This document shows, one piece after another, positions 20,224-28,913 of a stretch of DNA of 32,205 bases. Under the pieces are notes generated by a model. That model had not been told where the DNA came from and ran no database searches. It saw only the letters and a list, made by a program, of their open reading frames with translations. Position numbers and translations under genes: made by a program. Each line of letters starts with the position of its first letter. Positions within the stretch are counted from its first letter, which is position 1. This DNA comes from a virus (Duplodnaviria > Caudoviricetes): positions 1-32,205 of the IMG/VR virus record IMGVR_UViG_3300005931_000048. One strand, given 5' to 3'.

Positions 20224-21778
20224 AACTTTTAAGATATTTGGTCCTCCAGGCACTGGAAAAACCACTAGGCTAATAAAATTAATTGAAAAACATTTAAGGT
20301 TAGGAATCCTACCTCATGAAATGGTATATGTATCTTTTACTAACAAAGCAATTAACGAAGCAGTAACAAGAGTCCTTGCTAAGTTTACACAATACAAAGA
20401 AGAAGACTTTGGTAATTTTAGAACTATTCATTCTTTTTGTAAGAAACAGTTTTCTACTCCTGTATTAGATCCTAGAGTAGATATGTTAAAGTTTCATACA
20501 GATTGGGGAACTATATCAGCTAATTTTTCTGAAGATGATGCAAACAGTAAAGTATTTAATAACTGGTCATTAAGAGTCTATGATAAATCCAGAAACATGT
20601 TAGCAGATCCAATAGAAGTATATAAAGCGGAACCTATTAAAAAAGTAAGACTAAATCAATTTACAGATATTGTTAGAAATTATATTAAATTTAAAAAAGA
20701 TAATAAAATGGATTTCACAGACATGGTAGAAAAATATGTGAAAGAAATAGATCCACCTGAATACAAAGTATTTATAGTTGATGAAGCTCAAGACTTAACT
20801 CCATTACAATGGGAGTTTGTAAATAAAGTTGCAGCTACATCAAAGAGAGTTTATCTAGCTGGAGATGATGATCAAGCCATTTATGAATGGAATGGTGCTA
20901 AGGTTAGATGTTTTTTAGACTTTCCAGGGAAGATATTTATATTAAATAAGTCTTATAGATTAAACGAAGTGATTCTTAATTTTTCTAAGGAAATACTTAA
21001 ATTTATAACTGAAAGACAAGAAAAAGATTTTACTCCTGTTAAAAAAGGTGAAGGCTATATTGAGACTTATAATAGATTTAATGAAATACCTTTTGAAAGT
21101 ATAGGAGGATCTTGGTTTGTTTTAGGCAGAGTAGGAGACAATGTAGAGGAATTAAAGGAACATGCTAGGCAAAAAGGTTTGTATTTTCAGGATATGAGAG
21201 GTAATAAGTCTTTTAATATGAATAAATGGAATGCTATTGAATACTGGTTTTCTTTAATTAATGGTGATTCCATTACAAAAGAACAGGTGGGAGTTCTATA
21301 TGAGTTCATAAACGAGATTAAAAAAGGATGGAGAAAGATTGATAACAAGGCATGGAGTGATATTCACCCAAACCAACCCCTTGATATAGAATTTTTAAAA
21401 AGTAATTGTGGGCTACAGGCCACCGGCACAAATTGGTGGGAAGTATTAAATAGAAAATTTACAACAAGAGACTTGGATTATTTTGAAACTATGATAAAAA
21501 ATAAGACACAGTTTAATGATAAAGCAAAAATAATCATAGACACAATACACTCCGTAAAAGGAGGAGAAGCAGATAACGTAGTACTATATGAAAAAACTAA
21601 TTGGCCATCTAATTTCGCATCTAAGAATGGGAAGGACAAAATGGCCGAGGCGCGTGTTTGGTATACTGGTGTTACGAGGAGTAAGAAATCCCTTCATATC
21701 CTCTCTACTAATCATCCATATTTTTTTCCTTTGGGGCGTATTGCATCTTATTTCAGAAGGACGGTTATAAATGAGTGA
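20174..21778 (+). CDS. UvrD/Rep-like SF1 helicase (exact start uncertain)
   Basis: Contains GPPGTGKTT, TIHS, VDEAQD, GDDDQAIY, SYR, TIHSVKGGEAD and YTGVTR. Confidence 0.93.
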   Translation: MLNSHNRQLHLTQIANKTFKIFGPPGTGKTTRLIKLIEKHLRLGILPHEMVYVSFTNKAINEAVTRVLAKFTQYKEEDFGNFRTIHSFCKKQFSTPVLDPRVDMLKFHTDWGTISANFSEDDANSKVFNNWSLRVYDKSRNMLADPIEVYKAEPIKKVRLNQFTDIVRNYIKFKKDNKMDFTDMVEKYVKEIDPPEYKVFIVDEAQDLTPLQWEFVNKVAATSKRVYLAGDDDQAIYEWNGAKVRCFLDFPGKIFILNKSYRLNEVILNFSKEILKFITERQEKDFTPVKKGEGYIETYNRFNEIPFESIGGSWFVLGRVGDNVEELKEHARQKGLYFQDMRGNKSFNMNKWNAIEYWFSLINGDSITKEQVGVLYEFINEIKKGWRKIDNKAWSDIHPNQPLDIEFLKSNCGLQATGTNWWEVLNRKFTTRDLDYFETMIKNKTQFNDKAKIIIDTIHSVKGGEADNVVLYEKTNWPSNFASKNGKDKMAEARVWYTGVTRSKKSLHILSTNHPYFFPLGRIASYFRRTVINE

Positions 21779-22022
21779 TAAAGATATGTTTAAAGATAGT
21801 TTTCCACAAGATAGACAAATTGGTGGATCCCATTATAAAAAATTTCCTATTCAACCTTATGAGTTTATTTCTAAAAATAATCTTTCTTTTTTTCAAGGTT
21901 GTGTTGTGAAATATGTTTGTAGGTACTTGTTTAAAGGAACTGCAATTCAAGATCTAGATAAAATAATTCATTATTGTGAATTAGAAAAATTAAAACTAAA
22001 AGACACAAAGGTTAAAAAATGA
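21771..22022 (+). CDS. DUF3310 (SaV-like) protein
   Basis: QIGGSHY...IQP.EFI...F.QG.VVKYVCR...DL.K..HY pattern. Confidence 0.85.
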   Translation: MSDKDMFKDSFPQDRQIGGSHYKKFPIQPYEFISKNNLSFFQGCVVKYVCRYLFKGTAIQDLDKIIHYCELEKLKLKDTKVKK

Positions 22023-23893
22023 CAACAGAACTTGTATTTAATCAAACAGAATCAGATTGGAAAGCTCCGGAGAGTTACCCAGATCTATCTGACAGATCTA
22101 TTATTGCAGTTGACTTAGAAACCAGAGATCCAAATATTAAAACTAAAGGACCAGGATGGGCAACCAAAGATGGTGAAGTAGTAGGGATAGCTGTAGCTGC
22201 AGATGGTTATAAAGGTTACTTTCCAATAGGTCATGAAGCTGGTGGTAACATGGATAAAAATATTACACTTCGTTGGTATAAAGAACTAATGGAAAACAAT
22301 GTAGATAAGGTTTGTCACAATGCTTCTTATGATATTGGTTGGACTAGATCCCTTGGTATAAAACCAAAAGGTAAAATTATAGATACTATGATTGCAGGTG
22401 CATTAATTAATGAAGACAGATTTAGTTATTCATTAAATGCTTTGTCTTTTGATTATTTAGGTGAAGTTAAATCAGAAGCACAGTTAAGAGAGAAAGCAGA
22501 AGAATGGGGTATAGATCCTAAAGCAGATATGTGGAGATTACCTGCAGGTTATGTGGGTCCTTATGCAGAGCAAGATGCTGAACTAACTTTAAAACTTTGG
22601 AATAGATTTAAAATAGAAATACAACAACAAAATTTATCTAATATTTTTGATCTTGAAACTAGCCTACAACCTATTTTAATAGAAATGCGAGAGCATGGTA
22701 TTAGAGTAGATTTAAGTAAAGCAGATGGTTTAAAAAAATCTTTTGTCAAAGAAGAGAATAAAAGATTATTAGAAATTAAAAAATTAACAGGACAAGATGT
22801 AGAGATATGGGCTGCAGCAAGTGTAGCTAAAGCTTTTGATATTCTAAAGGTTCCTTATGAAAGAACTGCAAAGACTAAAGCTCCTTCTTTTACTACTAAC
22901 TGGTTACATAACTGTCCTCACCCAATAGCTAAATTAGTAAGAGAGACTAGAGAGATGAATAAGTTTCACTCTACTTTTATTGACTCTATTTTAAGATACG
23001 AACACAATGGAAGAATACATGCAGAAATAAACCAATTAAAATCAGACAGTGGTGGAACTGCTACAGGAAGACTTTCAATGAGTAATCCTAATCTTCAACA
23101 GATACCTGCTAGAAACAAGGAATTTGGTAAACAAATCAGAGCTTTATTTTTACCTGATGAGGGTAAAAAATGGGGTAGCTTTGATTACAGCCAACAAGAG
23201 CCTAGATTGGTAGTTCACTACGCAGCAAGCGTTGATAGCGGTTTTGAGGGCTCCTATGACCTAATAAAGGCCTATGAGGACGACAATGCAGACTTTCACC
23301 AAGTTGTAGCAGAAATGGCTGATATACCCAGATCTCAAGCAAAAACGATTAATTTAGGTATGTTTTATGGTATGGGAAAAGCTAAACTTGCACAGCAATT
23401 AGGAATAGAGCTTGATGCTGCTAAAGCTATTTTAGAAGCTTATAATTTAAAAGTACCTTTTGTTAAAATGTTATCTAATCGTTGTATGACTACAGCAGAT
23501 AAGAAAGGTAGTGTGGTAACTATTAAAGGCAGACACTGTAGATTTGATAGGTGGGAACCTAAAACGTTTGGAATACACAAGTCCATGACTAGAGAAGAAG
23601 CTGAATCTAAATATGAAAGAGGATCTATTAAAAGAGCAATGACATACAAGGCTCTAAATAGACTAATACAAGGATCAGCAGCAGATCAGACTAAACAAGC
23701 GATGTTAGATTGCTATAACAACGGCCACCGGCCACTTCTACAAATACATGATGAACTATGTTTTAATATAAATGGAAAAGAAGATGAAGATAATATTAAA
23801 AATCAAATGGAGCATTGTTTAGATGATGTACCAATGAAAGTTCCAAGTAAAGTCGATATTGCAATTGGAGACAACTGGGGAGAAGCAACTTAA
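22019..23893 (+). CDS. polA: DNA polymerase family A with 3'-5' exonuclease domain
   Basis: Exo motifs DLET, HNASYD and YAEQDA; TGRLS..PNLQQIP; motif A DYSQQEPR; motif B RSQAKTINLGMFYG; motif C QIHDEL. Confidence 0.96.
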   Translation: MTTELVFNQTESDWKAPESYPDLSDRSIIAVDLETRDPNIKTKGPGWATKDGEVVGIAVAADGYKGYFPIGHEAGGNMDKNITLRWYKELMENNVDKVCHNASYDIGWTRSLGIKPKGKIIDTMIAGALINEDRFSYSLNALSFDYLGEVKSEAQLREKAEEWGIDPKADMWRLPAGYVGPYAEQDAELTLKLWNRFKIEIQQQNLSNIFDLETSLQPILIEMREHGIRVDLSKADGLKKSFVKEENKRLLEIKKLTGQDVEIWAAASVAKAFDILKVPYERTAKTKAPSFTTNWLHNCPHPIAKLVRETREMNKFHSTFIDSILRYEHNGRIHAEINQLKSDSGGTATGRLSMSNPNLQQIPARNKEFGKQIRALFLPDEGKKWGSFDYSQQEPRLVVHYAASVDSGFEGSYDLIKAYEDDNADFHQVVAEMADIPRSQAKTINLGMFYGMGKAKLAQQLGIELDAAKAILEAYNLKVPFVKMLSNRCMTTADKKGSVVTIKGRHCRFDRWEPKTFGIHKSMTREEAESKYERGSIKRAMTYKALNRLIQGSAADQTKQAMLDCYNNGHRPLLQIHDELCFNINGKEDEDNIKNQMEHCLDDVPMKVPSKVDIAIGDNWGEAT

Positions 23894-24081
23894 TGGCTGT
23901 AAGAGATATGGCTGTAGGTAAATGCCCTGAATGCTTAGAACCCGCTGTATTTATTCCAACAAGAAGAAAAGATGTTTTTGTTTGTGATGTATGTTTAGAA
24001 AAAGTAAAACAACATGTTAATGGAAAAATTAGTTGGTTTAAACTTTCAGATGTTCCAATGGGTGGTCCTATAAAATATTAA
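23893..24081 (+). CDS. Small zinc-ribbon protein
   Basis: CPEC...CDVC; TAATG coupling to polA. Confidence 0.75.
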   Translation: MAVRDMAVGKCPECLEPAVFIPTRRKDVFVCDVCLEKVKQHVNGKISWFKLSDVPMGGPIKY

Positions 24082-24290
24082 TGTAGTTTCTTTTTTAAAG
24101 AATCTAATTCAACAATACCATCTGCATCATTACAAATATCTTTTAGAGTATGCCAAAAGTCCTTTTCAAATTTAGAGATTTTTTTAAAACCTCCTTTAAT
24201 AAAAATAACGTTAGAAATAATAACTTCTAATTGTCTAATTTCTTTTATTGTAAAATTAAGTTTTACACCTTTGATTTTTTTTTGAGACAT
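24078..24290 (-). CDS. Hypothetical protein
   Basis: 70 aa ORF with normal composition, convergent with the zinc-ribbon gene. Confidence 0.6.
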   Translation of the reverse strand: MSQKKIKGVKLNFTIKEIRQLEVIISNVIFIKGGFKKISKFEKDFWHTLKDICNDADGIVELDSLKKKLH

Positions 24291-24338
24291 AGATGGCCTA
24301 GAGAATATAACGAAAACTTTTAAAATGCTAGTGTTTTG

Positions 24339-24524
24339 TTAACTAGCTATATCTAATAAACCTTTTTTTGCATCTTCAACACTTTGATCGTTGATTGCAG
24401 TTCTTAGGTTTTTAATTTTTATGTCGATCCACTTCATGTCAGTAGTCACTCTACCCTGTGCTAACGCTTGGGTTGCCCACTTGGATTCCAACTGAAGTTT
24501 TTCCGAGATTAACTTTTGTAACAT
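24339..24524 (-). CDS. Hypothetical helical protein (start revised to MLQKLISEK)
   Basis: GAGGAGG SD on the minus strand just upstream of the ATG at 24524. Confidence 0.7.
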   Translation of the reverse strand: MLQKLISEKLQLESKWATQALAQGRVTTDMKWIDIKIKNLRTAINDQSVEDAKKGLLDIAS

Positions 24525-24714
24525 CTCTTTTGACCTCCTCAAAGGTTAGAAAAAAAAGATCTGGATTATGAAATCCTGGACCCTCTTTTTCGGTTAACTG
24601 CCCTGAATCATAACTCGCACTAAAAGATTCTAAAGCAGCTTTATCGTCTGCGGCTTCCACCGTGTGATCCAAAAAAGCATTTTTATAGTTTGCTTGGATA
24701 CGATAAAGTTTCAT
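24451..24714 (-). CDS. Hypothetical protein
   Basis: 87 aa ORF preceded by a minus-strand TTGATT-N17-TAAGAT promoter candidate. Confidence 0.65.
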   Translation of the reverse strand: MKLYRIQANYKNAFLDHTVEAADDKAALESFSASYDSGQLTEKEGPGFHNPDLFFLTFEEVKRDVTKVNLGKTSVGIQVGNPSVSTG

Positions 24715-24720
24715 AAGAGT

Positions 24721-24749
24721 ATCTTAGCTGATTTTAGCTAAAAAATCAA
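24721..24749 (-). promoter_or_regulatory. Sigma70-like promoter (leaderless)
   Basis: Minus strand TTGATT(24749-44)-N17-TAAGAT(24726-21); ATG at 24714. Confidence 0.45.
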
Positions 24750-24803
24750 GTATTTGGCGAATGTCAAGAGAGGCACTAAATTGTTGTTATTAAACATTAA
24801 TTG

Positions 24804-24838
24804 TTGACTTATCTTATCATTACATTATATAGATAAGA
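24804..24838 (+). promoter_or_regulatory. Promoter with ATCTTAT/ATAAGA half-sites
   Basis: TTGACT at 24804-09, AT-rich -10 region, and TCTTATC...GATAAGA inverted repeat. Confidence 0.5.
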
Positions 24839-24840
24839 CA

Positions 24841-25188
24841 ATGATGACAAAAAAAGACATAAACGACTATCATAAATTGATAAAACAATTAACAACTAAA
24901 AAGGAAAATAAAATGAAAATAGCAAGCCAAGCTTTTATAACTTTTATAAAAGAAGTAGATAATGTGTTATCTAAAATACATCAAAAAAATATTAGGGGGG
25001 ATGCGTTAAATCCTGGTGATGATGAATGGATGGCATCAAGAGATAGATTAATGAAAATTAAAATGGGTTCAGATAATAATTTTACATACCCTATTAATTG
25101 GAGTGCGTCTGAATTTTTAATTATAGATGAATTAGCATCACGTGAAGATGCTTTAGAAGAACACACTAAATTAAGGGAGTATCAATAA
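24841..25188 (+). CDS. Hypothetical protein (alternative start 24913)
   Basis: ORF track; AAGGA precedes the ATG at 24913. Confidence 0.7.
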   Translation: MMTKKDINDYHKLIKQLTTKKENKMKIASQAFITFIKEVDNVLSKIHQKNIRGDALNPGDDEWMASRDRLMKIKMGSDNNFTYPINWSASEFLIIDELASREDALEEHTKLREYQ

Positions 25189-25295
25189 TGGGATTTAATT
25201 TAGCAATAGGATTGGTATTTATATTATTTTTTCCTAAATTCTTTTTAGCATGTGTAGCTGCAATAGTTGCATTTTTTTTAGGAGTACAATTATGA
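25188..25295 (+). CDS. Small hydrophobic membrane peptide (35 aa)
   Basis: MGFNLAIGLVFILFFPKFFLACVAAIVAFFLGVQL; GGGAG RBS; TAATG and ATGA coupling. Confidence 0.7.
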   Translation: MGFNLAIGLVFILFFPKFFLACVAAIVAFFLGVQL

Positions 25296-25405
25296 TAATA
25301 TTTGGCAGACCAATACATCGTAAACATCACAGAAAAATAGTTATTAGTGTTTTATGTGGAGTTCAAATAATTCTTATCTTAACTTTAGGAGTTTATTTAT
25401 GGTAA
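25292..25405 (+). CDS. Small single-TM peptide (37 aa)
   Basis: MIIFGRPIHRKHHRKIVISVLCGVQIILILTLGVYLW; AGGAG RBS; coupled on both sides. Confidence 0.7.
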   Translation: MIIFGRPIHRKHHRKIVISVLCGVQIILILTLGVYLW

Positions 25406-25569
25406 TGGATTGGAAAACAAGAAAGATAAAAGCAATTAACAAATTATCTAAAAAAAAAGGTTGGAGCTCTAACGACAACAATCCTTATTTTTATTTAGTG
25501 CACGAAATATATAAAACTAAAGCAACAACCCCAAAACAATTTAAGGAAGAACAAAATGGACATAAATAA
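25405..25569 (+). CDS. Hypothetical protein (54 aa; start revised to MDWKTRK)
   Basis: AGGAG upstream and TAATG coupling. Confidence 0.65.
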   Translation: MDWKTRKIKAINKLSKKKGWSSNDNNPYFYLVHEIYKTKATTPKQFKEEQNGHK

Positions 25570-25774
25570 GTGGAAGTCGGTCGCAGTTACAATAAAAACG
25601 CACAAAAATTTAACTGCTTTGTGTAATGAAAAAGAAAGGAACCCAGCTAGAATGATTTCTAAGTTGGTTAATGATTACATATCTTTTCAAGCAGATAAAA
25701 AAGGTATCTCAGAAGAAAAGTATATGGCTAAATTAATTGGCAAGATGAAAAAGAATGGACATAAACAAAAATAA
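25556..25774 (+). CDS. Small DNA-binding protein, ribbon-helix-helix-like
   Basis: KSVAV strand followed by two helices (THKNLTALC, PARMISKLV); AAGGA RBS. Confidence 0.55.
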   Translation: MDINKWKSVAVTIKTHKNLTALCNEKERNPARMISKLVNDYISFQADKKGISEEKYMAKLIGKMKKNGHKQK

Positions 25775-26276
25775 AATCATTCCATTTGGAGGTGTAAGCC
25801 AGGTAGATTTAGTTGAACTAAGTAAACCTGGTATATACTTTTTGTTTAATGATGAGAATAAATTAATTTATATTGGAGAAAGTAATTATCCAATAATTAG
25901 AATTTGTGATCATTATTTTAAACATTATAAAAAAGCTAGAAAATTTAAGATGGGTTATCAGCAAAAAGGAATTGGCCCTGTGTTTTCTGGATTTAGAATT
26001 ATGACAGTTTTAAATGAGGACAAAAGAATTAGACAACATTATGAAAAACGTTACATTAAAAAATTTAACCCAGAACTAAACTATAACTCACAATCGGCTC
26101 CGTATGATTTAACTTGCAAAGAGATAAAAGGTTTTATACAAGTTTATGAAGGTTTTTTTAAAGAACAATTTAGTTGGCACAGGTATTTAAATGAACAAGT
26201 TTTAAAACAAAGAACTAATTATATAAAATATAAAAATGTATTAAGACGAAGGAGATATTTAGCTACAGGACTATGA
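25755..26276 (+). CDS. GIY-YIG nuclease family protein
   Basis: GIYFLFN...LIYIGES..RI..H...E...I....PELN. Confidence 0.82.
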   Translation: MDINKNKIIPFGGVSQVDLVELSKPGIYFLFNDENKLIYIGESNYPIIRICDHYFKHYKKARKFKMGYQQKGIGPVFSGFRIMTVLNEDKRIRQHYEKRYIKKFNPELNYNSQSAPYDLTCKEIKGFIQVYEGFFKEQFSWHRYLNEQVLKQRTNYIKYKNVLRRRRYLATGL

Positions 26277-26614
26277 AAAAAAAGTTTTTAAAAATAAATA
26301 ATCTTAAAAGATTTTGTAGATGGTTAGATGTTAGCTCAGTTGCCGTTGAACTATGGGATTTATATAATCCAATTGGAAAAATATATTTAGGATTAGAGAA
26401 AAGACAAAAAGCATCTGAAGAAAGAAATAAATTTTGTTTTGAAAGAGCAAAAATTAGGTCTAGTTGGAAACCCACTTATAGTAGATTTGGGCAATACGAA
26501 ATGGCAAAAAAATTATTAACCTATGTAAGGAGTAGATATGTCAGAGAAAGAGCAAAAAAAGTTAAAGATATGCGAAGACTGCAAGGGGAACGGATATCAA
26601 AAGCATCTGTTTGA
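26273..26614 (+). CDS. Hypothetical basic protein
   Basis: ATGA coupling; 113 aa. Confidence 0.6.
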   Translation: MKKKFLKINNLKRFCRWLDVSSVAVELWDLYNPIGKIYLGLEKRQKASEERNKFCFERAKIRSSWKPTYSRFGQYEMAKKLLTYVRSRYVRERAKKVKDMRRLQGERISKASV

Positions 26615-26690
26615 AGAAGGTAATGTTGAATTGATTACTGATTGTAAACCTTGTAATAATCAAGGAGAAGTTGATGCCAAAAAAAGGTAA
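26538..26690 (+). CDS. Small DnaJ-type zinc-finger protein (50 aa)
   Basis: Not in the ORF track. AAGGAG RBS; CEDCKGNG...CKPCNNQG. Confidence 0.75.
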   Translation: MSEKEQKKLKICEDCKGNGYQKHLFEEGNVELITDCKPCNNQGEVDAKKR

Positions 26691-26928
26691 AATAGATCAG
26701 GCAAATTTAATATCTGCTCTTGAATTGTTGAGTGATAAGTTAAATCCTAGAGAATATGCTAAAGTTACATCTGTTATGTCTATGCTGTTCGTAGGTCACA
26801 CGTTTGAGTTGTCTGATGATGGTTTTGAATTTGTGAATTTATGTATAAATGTTAAAAAAAAATATCGTAAAAAAGTAGTCAAATCTTTACAAGGAAACGT
26901 TATTAGGTTAAAACCTAAACTGTCTTGA
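26674..26928 (+). CDS. Hypothetical protein
   Basis: AAGGAG RBS before the ATG at 26674. Confidence 0.7.
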   Translation: MPKKGKIDQANLISALELLSDKLNPREYAKVTSVMSMLFVGHTFELSDDGFEFVNLCINVKKKYRKKVVKSLQGNVIRLKPKLS

Positions 26929-26934
26929 GACACT

Positions 26935-26964
26935 GGGGTGGTGTAGGGAGACTAAAACCACCCC
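26935..26964 (+). terminator. GC-rich hairpin (terminator or RNA-processing/regulatory)
   Basis: GGGGTGGT...ACCACCCC stem just after the stop codon; only a weak U-tract. Confidence 0.5.
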
Positions 26965-27013
26965 TTGACATTAATCACAATATTTGACAAAGGTATGTTT
27001 ATGGAGCTAATAC

Positions 27014-27448
27014 ATGAACATATCTATAGAGATCCTAAAAATTATGGGTCTAAAAATCGCAGAAAAATTGGTGGAGAAGTCATTGGACCCAGAGATTAGA
27101 ATTTGGAGAGGAGTCATCTCTATGGCTCTAGAAGACGTCCTAATCACTAACCAGAACAGGACCGAGAGTGTGTTAAAAGGCGAAGCCCATGACTGGTTTT
27201 GTAATAATTCTGATGACTTTAAATTTGTATGCAACCAAGCCGAGCTTGAGCCTAAATATGTAAGACTCCGATATTTAAATGCGTTAGAAGATGGTAGAAT
27301 TAAGTTTACACAGAGACAACATTTGAATATAAAGTATACGAAAGAATATGAAAAACTTAGAAAAGCTACAACTAAAGAACAACGCAAGCAGCATTTTAGA
27401 AACATTGAAGCGCTTCGGAAAGCTATATTTGAGTGCCCCTTTGGGTAG
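27014..27448 (+). CDS. Conserved phage hypothetical protein (possible regulator; alternative start 27044)
   Basis: PE..IWRGVI..ALED...A..WF...DF..VC..A pattern, recalled from phage proteins found near terS. Confidence 0.65.
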   Translation: MNISIEILKIMGLKIAEKLVEKSLDPEIRIWRGVISMALEDVLITNQNRTESVLKGEAHDWFCNNSDDFKFVCNQAELEPKYVRLRYLNALEDGRIKFTQRQHLNIKYTKEYEKLRKATTKEQRKQHFRNIEALRKAIFECPFG

Positions 27449-27632
27449 TGCGGAAAGACAGTTCTATAAATTTACATACAGAAAGTTTAAAAGAAAATAT
27501 TCTAATTAGAATCGTTCTAATGTATATTGACACCGGCCACCGGACAAACGGCAATTTTACGCCATTTTATGCATTTAACACTTCTATATAAGATATTTAT
27601 ACCCTTTACCCCCTTAGTACCCCTAGAAAAAG

Positions 27633-27743
27633 TCTGACATCTGTGACACAACCCTCTTTTTAGTCTATTTACATTGATATACAACACTAATAGCGTGTCA
27701 CAACACCTTTTTTTCTCTGACATTCTCTGACATCTGTGACACA
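27633..27743. repeat. Iteron-like direct and inverted repeats (candidate origin or pac region)
   Basis: TCTGACATCTGTGACACA at 27633-50 and 27726-43; TCTGACAT at 27716-23; inverted GTGTCACA at 27695-702. Confidence 0.75.
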
Positions 27744-27822
27744 GAAGTGTCCTTGTGGACAAAGGTGCTAAATGTTTGTATTGTCTTAATTGAGTTAAAA
27801 ATATCTTATTGAGGATTGAATA

Positions 27823-28323
27823 ATGGCTGCTAAGAAAAACGTTTTGAAAACAATGCATGATTTGACTGCAAAACAAAGAAAGTTTGTGGACATTTATGTG
27901 GCTAATTTTGGTAACATATCTAAAACTGAAGCTGCGAGACAAGCAGGCTATGTTGCTAAAGATCCAAGCACTATTGCATCTAAGATAACTAATCCTAATT
28001 TAAACCCTCATGTCGTTAGATACATGGAAAAGAAAATAGCTATTGAAAGAAATAAATATGCCAACCCATTAAGATCGTTTAAGCGATTAGAAAAGTATGG
28101 CGATGGTGCAGAAAAGAAAAACCAATTTGCGGCAGCAATTAATGCTGAATATAGATCTGGGCAATTGGCTGGAATGTATATTGATAAGAAAGAAATTACT
28201 AACAATACATTAGAGGGAATGAACCGTGAACAACTTGAGAAAAGGTTATCCGAACTTGAAGCCAAAATTGGAGAAGCCAAAAACATCATTGACGTTACGC
28301 CAGAAGAAATTACTAGCGAGTAA
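27823..28323 (+). CDS. terS: Terminase small subunit
   Basis: LTAKQRKFVDIYV...TEAARQAGY HTH, A..A....GQLAGMY and GAGGA RBS. Confidence 0.85.
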   Translation: MAAKKNVLKTMHDLTAKQRKFVDIYVANFGNISKTEAARQAGYVAKDPSTIASKITNPNLNPHVVRYMEKKIAIERNKYANPLRSFKRLEKYGDGAEKKNQFAAAINAEYRSGQLAGMYIDKKEITNNTLEGMNREQLEKRLSELEAKIGEAKNIIDVTPEEITSE

Positions 28324-28409
28324 TGATTTCTTTACTGTGTTTAACGAAGTTCATAACTCTCATTTGAAAACAATGAAGTCTAAAATAGGTAACGTGGAGG
28401 TAACTACAA

Positions 28410-28739
28410 ATGAAGAAGAAGAAAATAAGTAACAAAATATATAAAAAAACTTTTCCATTAAATCTTAAAAAACTTGGCAACAAGATTGAAGATTATCCTT
28501 TTGTAGAAATAGCTTGGCTTGATATTGAAGGGGATGCCGGCTGGTCCAACACTAAATTATTAAAACTTGAAAAGTTGCCTACATGTGTTTCTAAAGGTTA
28601 TCTTGTGTCTCAACAAAAAGGTGTGACTAGAATTTTCACTGACTACATTAAGACTAAGGACAAGGATACTTTCGAAGATATTGGTAATACAACTTTAATT
28701 CCTACAAGTGTTATTCAATCTATAAAACAACTTCATTAA
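28410..28739 (+). CDS. Conserved phage hypothetical protein
   Basis: VEIAWLD...GW...C.SKGYL...IP.SVI..I pattern; GGAGG RBS. Confidence 0.75.
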   Translation: MKKKKISNKIYKKTFPLNLKKLGNKIEDYPFVEIAWLDIEGDAGWSNTKLLKLEKLPTCVSKGYLVSQQKGVTRIFTDYIKTKDKDTFEDIGNTTLIPTSVIQSIKQLH

Positions 28740-28909
28740 TGAGTATAATTATATATTTAAACGATTTGTATCATATAATACCTGTAACAAAGGAGATGTT
28801 AGTGGGTATACCAGTAGAACAATGGGGTAAGGATTTGTTTGAAATGTGTAAAGTTTTAAGAGAATATTTAGTCTATGAAGGAGTCTTTATGGGGTGTACC
28901 TTGTCTTGA
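28739..28909 (+). CDS. Hypothetical protein (56 aa)
   Basis: Not in the ORF track. TAATG coupling; fills the gap up to the next gene. Confidence 0.65.
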   Translation: MSIIIYLNDLYHIIPVTKEMLVGIPVEQWGKDLFEMCKVLREYLVYEGVFMGCTLS

Positions 28910-28913
28910 ATAA

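Noticed and set aside
14900-26475. ORFs 14900(-), 17851(-), 21588(+), 21765(-), 22561(-), 23440(-), 24981(-) and 26263(-)
   Set aside because: They overlap stronger genes and have no motif or RBS support.
27517-27942. 141 aa minus-strand ORF over the iteron region
   Set aside because: Its repeated CHRCQ/Cys content is a by-product of the TGTGACA DNA repeats, and it overlaps terS antisense.
28226-28432. 68 aa + ORF overlapping the terS 3' end
   Set aside because: It overlaps terS by 98 nt and has no clear RBS. A shorter version filling 28324-28409 is possible but unsupported.
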